A stretch of 64,000 nucleotides of DNA, from the NCBI GenBank assembly GCA_020137815.1, contig CM035359.1, positions 3,038,001 through 3,102,000 of the forward strand. Reading direction: 5' to 3'. Shown here one piece after another: positions 38,413 through 50,510 of the stretch. The position numbers and the translations under genes are program-made. The notes beneath the pieces are model-generated. The model made no database searches and was not told where the DNA came from. It saw nothing but the letters and a program-made list of their open reading frames with translations. This stretch comes from Hormiphora californensis (Eukaryota > Animalia > Ctenophora). Within the stretch, counting starts at the first letter, position 1; every line of letters begins with the position of its first letter.

Positions 38413-39490
38413 GCCTAATTGAATTGTTCATACTTTCCGAGCACGAAACACAGCTTGTCCGGCGACTCAAGTAGCTAACTCTGCGAGGTTTTTAAACCGC
38501 TTTTTGTTAATATTTTTCGCTTTCAGTTTGTCCAGGTCTGACGATTGCTAACAGTGCACTCATCCAATACGAATCGGCGGAGATTGGAGATGTCACGACA
38601 GTTTCCTGTGCAGATTTCTTTGAGTTACAGGGTGAGAGCGTTCTTACTTGTAATGCTGTCTCTAGTACTGATGCAGAGTGGAGCAATGATGCGCCTATTT
38701 GTACCAAAGGTAATTTCTAACTTAGTCAGGGGATTACGGGGGCAGAAAAATATCCCGGACCAACCGCCCGTACCAGCAGCCCGTACTCTCTTGCTCTCTC
38801 TCACTCACTAGCTGCATTCTGATTGGCTGCAATATGGTACAACATGTAAAATCCTGCCAGCGCCCAAGATGCACGTGCCAATGCGCCGCGCGTTACTATC
38901 TTGCTCTCTCTCACTCACTAGCTGCATTCTGATTGGCTGTTATCTATCACATGTGCGCAGTCACAGGCTACCCCTGTGCACTAGGTCTTATCACGTGACC
39001 TTTCATTATTGTGCAAAGCAGATGTACGGGCTGCTGGTACGGGCGTCTGGTATGGGCATCTCATCCGGGCCCCCGTAATCCTGCCTTATCCCCCATTGTG
39101 TTCACGGCAAAACGATTATCGGATGGATAGAAACTAGTCAAATTAAGCATCACTTTTTACACTATTCAGGTTGCCCTGAGTTTTCCATCACCAACTCTGG
39201 TTCCTGGGGCCCAATCCAAAATGACGGAGATACCCTGACTGTTACCTGTTCCCGTGATGGGGATATTCTAAATCTGGTAGGGGATGAGGTCGTTACCTGC
39301 AGTTTCTCAGCGGGTACTAAAAAGTACACCACTTCAGACTTGCCTACTTGTGAATTCAACAATCGTAGTAAGTCTTCAACATCCAAATTAAGTTGGGATA
39401 AAAATGACATATCACACAACAACTGATAAAACGACTAATTATAAATGACAAGGACATCAGACTCCCAACTCATTGGACAAACTCCCCTCA

Positions 39491-40707
39491 GGCTATAAGC
39501 ATACTGATCGTGATGATCATAATCAGGTCAGTGTGCGGAGATTTTGATGGTCACCATCAAAGAAGCGCACACACTGATGGTTATCATCATGATGGAGGCT
39601 TGATGCATCATGATGTTCTCAAACCATAGTGTGTTCACGTTTGATCATCATAAACCATAGTGTGCGCACGTTTGATCATCATAAACCATGCTCAACTTGC
39701 CTTTTGATCATGATCATCAATGATGATTCATCATGACCAGTGTGCTCAGCATGATGATGCTATCTCCCCCTTGCCTAGTCGCGCGCTCTGAGAGGCTGTT
39801 GCATATCACGTGACCTGTACAACAGCCTCTCAGTGCGCGCGATTCGTACCACGTGGTACATATCACATGACTACAGTGCAGCCCTCCATAAGAATAAGAT
39901 CAGAACGTGCGCACACTAGGTGTTGATGATCATCATCCAACTTAAGGCTATAAGCATACTGATCGTGATGATCATAATCAGGTCAGTGTGCGGACGTTTT
40001 GATGGTCACCATCAAAGGAGCGCACACACTGATGGTTTAACCATTGGTTATCATCATGATGGAGGCTTGATGCATCATGATGTTCTCAAACCATAGTGTG
40101 TTCACGTTTGATCATCATGAACCATAGTGTGCTCACGTTTGATCATCATAAACCATGCTCAACTTGCTGGAACTTGCCTTTTGATCATGATCATCATGAC
40201 CAGTGTGCTCAGCATGATGATGCTATCTCCCGGGAGCTCCCCCTTGCCTAGTCGCGCGCTCTGAGAGGCTGTTGCATATCACGTGACCTGTACAACAGCC
40301 TCTCGCGCGCGCGAAGTCGTACCACGTGGTACATATCACATGACTACAGTGCAGCCCTCCACAAGAATAAGATCAAAACCTGCGCACACTAGGTGTTGAT
40401 GATCATCATCCAACTTAAGAGACGGCTCCAGGGCCAGCTCTTACGTGATGATCATAATGTTCCGCACACTGTAGTTTTTTGCAGATGATGATGATCAAAA
40501 CCATGAGCACACTTCATCTTTTTAACTGATTATGATCATCACGATCAGTATGCTTATAGCCTAAGAGACGGCTCCAGGGCCAGCTCTTACGTGATGATCA
40601 TAATGTTCCGCACACTGCAGTTTTTTGCAGATGATGATGATCAAAACCATGAGCACACTTCATCTTTTTAACTGATTATGATCATCACGATCAGTATGCT
40701 TATAGCC
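39491..40707. mobile_element. Harbinger-type MITE with a copy of itself nested inside (39946-40561)
   Basis: TIR GGCTATAAGCATACTGATCG; outer TSD TCA, inner TSD TAA. Confidence 0.85.
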
Positions 40708-40796
40708 TCACACAGCTCATATCACGTCATATCTCTGCATAACATAGATCATCTGAATTAGCAACCTCAGCTTATACCACCCTAAACCACTTCTCT

Positions 40797-43031
40797 CTCT
40801 TTGACGGCGACAGAGCATATATGCTACAGTCTATTCTAGGCGGCCTGGAAGTCCTTATGTTTTATCTAGGTGGCCCATATTTTGTCACAAGCTAGTTTTA
40901 GGGATTATGAACCTAAAACCACGTCCAGATCAGCTCAGAAAATCAAGAAAAAATTTTTATAGCCCTTCTAAGGAGGCTAATTTCGGCCTTTTTTTAAAAA
41001 CATTTCTCATTTTTTTGTTTTTTGGGGGCACAACTAATCCTTTGAAGGAATAAAAGTGCTCGTCATAACCGACCGAATGCAAAAAGCCGCATCAAAAAAT
41101 ATTGAAAATTGAATGAGTTATTAACATTTAAGGGGCCGTATCATATATGATACTATCGCCCGTAAGGGAATTCTAGTAACAAATCTAAATTGTACAAGTT
41201 TGTGGGTGCTATGGCATAAATTTATGCTTTCATGTGGTATGTAGCTACAAGTTCTACAATCGTGAACGGTTTTTACCAGGAAAAGAACCCAAATTAGAGA
41301 TTTGTATCATATATGATACTATCGTCCAAAGGGTAAATTCTCCTAAAACATACATAATTCGGGCTAGAAAAGGAGCTAAGAGACAAATCAGGGCACTAAA
41401 ATGTGTAGAATCATCGCATTAGTGGGGGTAGAGCACATATTTAGGTCGCTATCTGGATCCCTAATTGAGATAATTGGATAATTAGCTAATTATCTGTCCC
41501 GTGCATGCTAATTATTCATGAAACTTTGCTCTGGGAAGGAGTTATGAGACAAATGGGGGCACTAAAATGTGTAGAATCATTACATTAGTGGGGGTAGAGC
41601 ACATATTTAGGTCGCTATCTGGATCCATAATTGAGATAATTGGATAATTAGCTAATTAGTTGCCCTGGAGCGCTAATAAATGAGACTAGGCGGAGTATCC
41701 AAGACAAGTGAGGGCACTAAAATGTGTAAAATCATCGCCTTAGCGGGGGTAGAGCACATAGCTGAGTTTCTATTCCCACTCCTAATTGAAATAATTGGAT
41801 AATTAGCTAATTGACGGTTGCACACCGTCCACTTTTCACCAAATCCCGTCGTTTCTAGGTAATCCTGAGCTCTTTTGCTCAATCTAAGGATCTTCTGACA
41901 ACCCCTAACCCCATTTGTATCACCTTTGACTCGTTTTACACAATAGTATAGCACTCGATACAACCCTAGACACTGCCTTCAGCTCTTTAGAACCCTCTTG
42001 CTCCATCCTAGACCTCTCATACATCCAAGATCCAACTACAATCCTATAGAATTTTTATATCCTATTGCTCCTACAACACGTTCAACCTCTAATGTACTAC
42101 AGTTTCCCATATTTATTGTTTGGACACACGGTTATAGGGGTTTAGGGATATTAGGGGATGTCAGAAGATCCTTAGATTGAACAAAAGAGCTCAGGATTAC
42201 CTAGAAACCACGGGATTTGGTGAAAAGTGGACGGTGTGCAACCTTCAATTAGCTAATTATCCAATTATCTCATTTAGGAGTTGGAATAGAAACTCAGCTA
42301 TGTGCTCTACCTCCACTAAGGCGATGATTTTACACATTTTAGTGCCCCTACTTGTCTTGGATACTCCACAAAGTCTCATTTATTAGCGCTCCAGGGCAAC
42401 TAATTAGCTAATTATCCAATTATCTCAATTATGGATCCAGATAGCGACCTAAATATGTGCTCTACCCCCACTAATGTAATGATTCTACACATTTTAGTGC
42501 CCCCATTTGTCTCATAACTCCTTCCCAGAGCAAAGTTTTATGAATAATTAGCACGCACCGGACAGATAATTAGCTAATTATGCAATTATCTCAATTAGGG
42601 GTCCAGATAGCGACCTAAATATGTGCTCTACCACCACTAATGCGATGATTCTACACATTTTAGTGCCCCCATTTGTCTCTTAGCTCCTTTTCTAGCCCGA
42701 ATTATGTATGTTTTAGGAGAATTTACCCTTTGGACGATAGTATCATATATGATACAAATCTCTAATTTGGGTTCTTTTCCTGGTAAAAACCGTTCACGAA
42801 TGTAGAACTTGTAGCTACAAACCTCATGAAAGCATGAATTTATGCCATAACACCCACAAACTTGTACAATTTAGATTTGTTACTAGAATTCCCTAACGGG
42901 CGATAGTATCATATATGCTACAGTGGGCCCAGCAAAAACTACATGTCGGAATTACAAATTTCCTTTTCGAGGCGTTTTGTGTTGATAACATCTACTTATA
43001 AACGAAAAATTAGACAATTCTATCGAGCCAA
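40797..43031. mobile_element. piggyBac-like non-autonomous element containing ~0.77-kb inverted arms (~41140-41905 / ~42150-42918)
   Basis: CTTTGACGGCGA ... TCGCCGTCAAAGGG|TTAA; the left end is degenerate. Confidence 0.55.
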
Positions 43032-45429
43032 TCCTTCTCGCCGTCAAAGGGTTAACTGAATTTAACGAAGATATTTCCTTGATCAAACCCTTTCGAAGAG
43101 AGAGTGGGAGGAGCAATGCAAGTGCAACCTATTTCCAATATTATAGATTTGACTTCAGACTCAGTGATCTAAACCGCCTGGGAGTGGTGCAAAAACTCTC
43201 GGAAGCCAGATTATATATACAAGCGTCTGGCTGGCTTGTACTCGGTTAAGTCGAAACAAAGCTATAATGACGCCATTAGATACATTAGATTACGATTATC
43301 ATTTTGCATCCTCAAATCAGTACTCATTCAAATTCGAGGCTACCGAGGGTCTCTACCATTCTATCCTGATCTAATAGATATGAATCTAGTACCTTTATTC
43401 CTTTTATAAATCACGTTATTAGTATAACCTATTTCTATATATTTTGCGAGATGTTGTATAACATGACATTATAAATTTGTTCTATCTTTTCTTTATTAAA
43501 TACTTTCACGTATTACTGTCATTTCTTATTAGTGCCATTGATACTTTGTTATTACGTGTGTTGACAACATTTTTTGAATAATAATCACCTCTTTTGTAGG
43601 ATTCTATCACGTAGTCTATAGGCGTCAGTGCCAGTTTGGGACATATGGCTCCTCCAAACTCGCTGGCGATTGTGTTGAAGTTGAGTAGTCATGTTCACGA
43701 AACGTGGTGAACAGATCAAATTGATCAATCACACAACCGGCAGAGAGATGAATCAAGGATGCACGTGCAGTTTAAGGCTCAAGCTGGCAGGTTGCCAGGG
43801 TCCCTCTAGGGACAACACGTGCAAAAGGCCATTTCCAGGAATTTTGTGCCATATTTGGTTAAAAAAACGGGACATGGGATTTCCCTATTTGCTTTAATAA
43901 TAGTATGATAGATTTGACTTCAGTGTCAATTTTGACCCACTTCCTGTTGACAGACAAACTTCTCTGGTATTTTCCAGTGTAATAAGATCAATTTGTTTTT
44001 GCGACAAAGGCAAAAGCGGATGCAAATCGGTCCAGTGGATCGCGTGCAACATCCCTTGAAAGAAACGACCCTTTTTTGGGGGGTGGAGCGGACACCTGTG
44101 TGCGGATGTCGCGCCAGGTGTCTATGTCACCAATCTCATATAGCCAAAAAATGGTTATGCGCAAACCTAATTATCCAATTATCTAATTAACCAGATGAGA
44201 TAGAGACTAGATTTGTCTCTACTCTCTAGAGACAAATCTAGAGAGTAGAGACAAATCTAGTCTCTATCTCAGTGCCAATTTTTTTTGGTGGTTCTAGGGA
44301 CCTATTGGAGTGCCCTATAAGAAGTAGAATCACATTTAGATCAATTATTTTTTCTCTCATGCATCATATGACTGGCCTAAAATGTAATTTGCCATGCTAA
44401 GCTACCGCTACGCAGTCTGTCTGTTTAGTTCGGTTGCCGAACTTCGGAATGCAGTCTGGCGCCGCGACCCATCTGAGCGCACTGTTGAGATTCAATGAGA
44501 ATCAAATGGGCCATGAATGTAAGTGTGTATAAGAGTGAATGTGAGTGTGTATGTAACGCGCGAAGTCCACATTGGGTAATTGACGTAGCGCGCCAGAAAA
44601 CAACTTTTGTTTCTACGCGGCCCAATACTTCAGCTCAATGTTGCGCGCGTTTCGACTGTCATCTAAAAAAAATGATATGCAAAGTTTTTGACAAAAATCC
44701 TGTTTTTTTTGGAAAACGTTAAAATCTTGGCATGCGCTGCAGACCCCAAGTGCGCGCGTTTTCCACGGCTTCTAGGGGCCTGGGGGTTGGTACGCGCGGT
44801 AGACCCCCTTTGAGACACGACATAACTTTGCGGTGGAGATTTTGGCGGGCGCTATATCTCCGGCACCTGAAGTCCGTTTGACAAAATTCCAACGCCAGTC
44901 GATAGCCCTTGATGTCTTCTACCTCCCTGTTTTTAATTGAAGTTAATTGGCCTTAATTGGCCAGAGTTATGGCCAGTCAAAGTTTTCGCGCGTTACGTCC
45001 AAATGTCGCTTGCGCGGCTCGTTTTTTATTATTCACTGCGAATATTTCCGAGTTACGTTGACGTTTGACGTCATATCTCTCTCATTTCTTCATCAATTTC
45101 GACGTTCTAAAGCTTGCTAGATAGGAAATTGTCAGCTCTTTCCAACGGTTCTAAGAACGTGAAGATTGAACGTAAACTCGTGGAGATATGGTTTAAAACG
45201 TCACAAAGTTGATTAAATGACGCCGCGGCGCGTATTTAAGCGATATTTTTTCTTTTCGTCCCAGCTTGGCCCAGCTTTTGACTTCGTTACAGCTTTAAAG
45301 TCGACCCGTGGACACTTTTAAAATGTCTTTAGGACACCTGAAGATGACATATGAGAGAGCAGTGGGCCGGGTGACCTCTCACAGTACGTTGAGAGTACGT
45401 AATACCTTGCTGCCACCACTAGGGTTCAC

Positions 45430-45785
45430 TCACTTTACACTTTAGGTTGTTCGAAGCTGTAGAAGATCAGATCCTCTACTGCAACAGGGTCATCGCCTCG
45501 TGCGAACACCCTTCAGGTGTATCTCTCAGCCAGTCCAGCACTGAGTTGTTGTTCCTCCTACTGTAACCTTGAACAGGAGGTTCATCCGGGATTTCCTTGA
45601 AGTGCTTCGTAAGGGCCCGTTTGAAACTTTCGAACTTGTCAATGCGGCTGAGCTCTGCTGGGATACTGTTCCACAGCTTTGGTCCTATGACCGCAAAGGA
45701 CTCGTCATAGAGTGTTTGGTTTGCACTCGATCCTGTCTTCGTCATTGGTGGTACGACTGCCTTGATCCCTGTCCGACCTTTGTTG
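45430..45785 (-). mobile_element. 5'-truncated LINE (CR1/L2-like) ORF2 C-terminus and tail
   Basis: SFAVIGPKLWNSIP...SFKRAL...IPDEPPVQGY..NNS, followed by a short (TAAAGTG)2 tail. Confidence 0.75.
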
Positions 45786-46094
45786 TGTAGCTTTATCGGG
45801 TATCCTTACCATTCAATTTTCATCCTTGAATAACTGTAACATAATACTATAATACTATAATATAATACTAAATTCCAATTTCAAAGTAGCTATTGGATGA
45901 CAAAAGCTTCGATAATCGATATGAATGTGATGAGCACAAGGTGTGGTCAGTGGTGTGGAAGATACCATCTAAGAAGATACCAAGATCGTTGATCGTTGCT
46001 TTGATGCTCCTGATCTTCAATGCGATCAATTGGAGTTTTACTACTCTCTTTAAAACTGTAAGTTGAATTCCTTGATTTATTCACCTCATCTCTT

Positions 46095-46620
46095 TCTCTA
46101 TCTCTCTAGATCTCTCTTTAGACCTCTCTCTAGACCTCTCTCTAGATCTCTCCCTAGATCTCTCCCTAGATCTCTCCATGTCCATCTCCATCTCTAGATC
46201 TCCATCTGTAGATCTCCATCTGTAGATCTCCATCTGTAGATCTCCATCTGTAGATCTCCATCTGTAGATCTCCATCTGTAGATCTCCATCTGTAGATCTC
46301 CATCTGTAGATCTCCATCTGTAGATCTCCATCTGTAGATCTCCATCTGTAGATCTCCATCTGTAGATCTCCATCTGTAGATCTCCATCTGTAGATCTCCA
46401 TCTGTAGATCTCCATCTGTAGATCTCCATCTCTAGATCTCCATCTCTAGATCTCAATCTCTAGATCTCAATCTCTAGATCTCCATCTCTAGATCTCCATC
46501 TGTAGATCTCCATCTCTAGATCTCCATCTCTAGATCTCCATCTCTAGATCTCCATCTCTAGATCTCCATCTCTAGATCTCCATCTCTAGATCTCCATCTC
46601 TAGATGTCTATCTCCATCTC
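46095..46620. repeat. 14-bp minisatellite (TAGATCTCCATCTG/C)
   Basis: Direct; gives 14-aa periodic spurious ORFs. Confidence 0.95.
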
Positions 46621-47049
46621 CACCTGGCTGTGTAGTTCCTGATGGTGGGAGGGGAGGGGGAGCTACCATACTCTCGTTTTTTAAGAAACGCTTTAGTAAG
46701 AAACTTTTTTATAAGAAACTTTTCAAATGTAAATCACACAATTCAGAGACACCACAACAAAATAGAACACCCCTAATTTGTTTAGTTTCTTGATAAAGGA
46801 GAAATTCTTTTAGTTTTTGAATTGCCTACACCTGTAGTTTCCTAGAAAAAAAGTTTCTTATTTAAAAGTTTCTTGAAATATACGAGCTTGATTAACGAGA
46901 GTAAGGTATTCTCCTAGTGCCGGCGATATCGCTTCGCAGTTCGCGATAGTCCCCTGTAGGCTTGCCGTTGGAAAGCCCAGTACAGGCACTCCGTAGATAG
47001 ATAGATAGATCTCCATCTCTATCTCTCTCTCTGGACCCCAACTAATCAA

Positions 47050-50000
47050 CATATGGACCCCTTACAACCCACGTCTGAGCCCTTTTACCTCAGATCCCTG
47101 CTAACCCACCTCTGAATCCCTTCTAGCTCAACTCTAGACCCGCCTTTGAACCCCCTCTGATAGTTTTATCAAATGTTAGTAACAAAATACTCTCTCAGAT
47201 TCCGTTCCGGAAACCAAATTACTGGGTCAAGATACTATTACTGGGCTAACGTACTATGAGCTAAACAACTGAGTAAGGGAACCGTTCACAGCCGCTTCTC
47301 ATCGCCAACATATCTTTATTGATGGATTCACACTTCACAGACCCTAGTAAGTGGTTCTAGTCTAGAACTGGGTTAGTATGGATCCACCTCTGAACCCCTA
47401 CTAAGCAACATACATGGACCCCTTCTAACCCACCTCGGAGTCCTTTTACCTCAGCAGTCAGCTCCCTACTAACTCCCGCTGAAACCTCTCTATTATATCT
47501 CACCTCTGGACTCTTCTAACCCACCTTTGAAGCCCCTTCTAACCCAACTCTGAACCTCTCCTAAATCAACTCTTAATCCCTTTTAAACCACCTCTCGACC
47601 CCTACTAATTACTACCCCACTCCTCGAACCCTTCTAACCCACCCTTCAACCCCTTCTAACAAATCTCTCAGCTCCCTAATAACCCACCTCCGGACCCCTT
47701 CTAACTTACCTCTCGGCCCCTTTTTAACCACCTTTTGAACACTTTTAACCCAACTCTAGTACTAGTAGAGTCGATAACTACATCGACCTCTCCCAATTGT
47801 TCCAGTTTTTGTCACATCTGTTTGGAGCCTCGACACGACCTCTAAACAGATGTTACTTTTTCATAAACTGTTTTCATCTTGGTGTAATCAGCAGTTGAAA
47901 TGTTGCTAATCATAACAAAAACCTGACTAAATTTTTTCAACTTGGGGTAAAACCATGGGTGTCAAAAGTTAGCTCTACGTCCCCTGAGTAACCATCCGGA
48001 GACTCTAAAAGATATTTCAAGCCGTTCTCCTGTAATCATTAATCCCGGTAGAGCACATATTTGAGTATGGACGTACGTACAATTGCCTACAACCTCAACT
48101 TTAATGTATAACGTTAATGTGCGTCTCTGTCTTTTCTCCCCCTTGATAGTAGAGTCGATAACTACATCGACCTCTCCCAATTGTTCCAGTTTTTGTCACA
48201 TCAGTTAGGAGCCTCGACACGACCTCTAAACAGGTGTTACTTTTTCACAAACTGTTTTCATCTTGGTGTAATCAGCAGTTGAAATGTTGTTGATCATAAC
48301 AAAAACCTGACTAAATTTTTTCAACTTGGGGTAAAACCATGGGTGTCAAAAGTTAGCTCTAGGTCCCCTGAGTAACCATCCGGAGACTCCAAGAGATATT
48401 TCAAGCCGTTCTCCTGTAATCATTGATCCCGGTAGAGCACATATTTGAGTATGGACGTACGTGCAATTGCCTACAACCTCAACTTTAATGTATAACGTTA
48501 ATGTGCGTCTCTCTCTTTTCTCCCCCTTGAGAAAGAGTTATCTCGCGCGGCGCAACCGCACGTGCGGTTTTTCCAGAGAGAGTGAGAGACATACAATAAC
48601 ATGTAAACAGCCTGCCAGCGCTCACGTACGTCCGCATTGTATTTTTTTCTCCACCGGGATTAATGATTACGGGAGAACGGCTTGAAATATCTCTTAGAGT
48701 CTCCGGATGGTTACTCAGGGGACCTAGAGCTAACTTTTGACACCCATGGTTTTACCCCAAGTTGAAAAAATTTAGTCAGGTTTTTGTTATGATCAGCAAC
48801 ATTTCAACTGCTGATTACACCAAGATGAAAACAGTTTGTGAAAAAGTAACACCTGTTTAGAGGTCGTGTCGAGGCTCCAAACAGATGTGACAAAAACTGG
48901 AACAATTGGGAGAGGTCGATGTAGTTATCGACTCTACTATGAGAAAGAGTTATCTCGCGCGGCGCAACCGCACGTGCAGTTTTTCCAGAGAGAGTGAGAG
49001 ACATACAATAACATGTAAACAGCCTGCCAGCGCTCACGTACGTCCGCATTGTATTTTTTTCTCCACCGGGATTAATGATTACGGGAGAACGGCTTGAAAT
49101 ATCTCTGAGAGTCTCCGGATGGTTACTCAGGGGACCTAGAGCTAACTTTTGACACCCATGGTTTTACCCCAAGTTGAAAAAATTTAGTCTGGTTTTTGTT
49201 ATGATTAGCAACATTTCAACTGCTGATTACACCAAGATGAAAACAGTTTGTGAAAAAGTAACACCTGTTTAGAGGTCGTGTCGAGGCTCCAAACAGATGT
49301 GACAAAAACTGGAACAATTGGGAGAGGTCGATGTAGTTATCGACTCTACTATACTATTCTGACCCACCTCTTGACCCCTAGTAACTCACCTCTCGGCCCC
49401 TTCTAACCCCCTTTTGACCCCTGGCTTCTATGTTCTAACCCACCTCTCGTACCCCTTTTAACCCCTTCTATCCCACCTTCCGACCTCTACTAACCCATCC
49501 CTCGACCCTTTCTAACACAACTACCGATAGGTGAGTTAGAAGGGGTCAGAACTTCGAACTCTCGACCCCTTCTAACTCATTTTTCAACCCCTTTCAACCC
49601 ACCTCTCGACCCCTATTAATCCACCTCTCGACCCCTTTTAATCCACCTTTCGACCCCTTTTTACCCACCTCTCGAGCCCTATTAAGTACTTACCCTTCCA
49701 TCGACCCCTTCTAACGACTAACCCACTTCTCGACCCCTTCTAACTCATCTTTCAACCCCTTTTAACCCACCTCTCGACCCCTTTTAATCCACCTCTCGAC
49801 CCCTAGTAACTCACCTCTTAACCCCTTCTAACCTACCCCTAGACCCCTTCTAACTCACCTCTAGACCCCTTCTAACTCACCCCTCGACCTCTTCTAACTC
49901 ACCCCTAGACCCCTTCTAACTCACCTCTCAACCCCTTTTAACCACCGCACGAGTCTCCACCTCTTCTAACCCACCCCTAGACCCCTTCTAAGTCACCTCT

Positions 50001-50510
50001 CAACCCCTTTTTACCCACCTCTCCACCTCTACTAAGTACTTACTCTTCCCTCGACCCCTTCTAACCCACCTCTCGACCCCTTCTAACTCATCTTTCAACC
50101 CCTTTTAATCCACCTCTCCACCCCTACGAAGTAGTTACCCTTTCCTCGACCCCTTCTAACCCACCTCTCGACCCCTAGTAACTCACCGTGGACCCATTAG
50201 TCTTCTAAGTTTTAACCCACCTCTCGTACCCCTTCTAACCCACCTCTCGAGTCTCGTCCCCCTTTAACCTACCTCTCGTATCCCTTCCCTCGACCCCTTC
50301 TAAGTTGTTACTCACCCCTCGACCTCTTCTAACCCAACTCTCAACCCCTTCTAACCCATCTCTCGTACCCCTTCCAACCCATCTCTTGTATCCCAATTCT
50401 ATCCCATCTCTGAACCTCTTTTAACCCACATCTCGACCCCTACCAAACACCAAATCTCTTGACCCTTTCTAACCCACTGCACCTCTCATCACCTTTTATC
50501 CCACCTAGAT
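47050..50510. repeat. degenerate ~22-bp minisatellite (CCCACCTCTCGACCCCTTCTAA), interrupted by a TIR element
   Basis: Direct. Confidence 0.85.
47763..49351. mobile_element. Academ-like foldback element with a self-nested copy (48147-48939)
   Basis: TIR TAGTAGAGTCGATAACTAC; outer TSD TAC, inner TSD TGA. Confidence 0.8.

Larger units (their letters stand above)
33607..39366 (+). pseudogene. extracellular multidomain gene (2 beta-rich ~140-aa repeat domains + 3 sushi/CCP), disrupted
   Basis: Domain exon 33607-35308 is split by a TE at 33776-35053. Domain exon 37258-37678 has a +1 frameshift near 37428. Both read DWTAV..DLE.TPLQIKT.S..LPV.PP.E.DKIWTI.KT..ITCN.VEVLN..ASDFYRA. Sushi exons 37928-38101, 38527-38709, 39170-39366 show CP..C..G...LTC..W..C. 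Confidence 0.7.
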
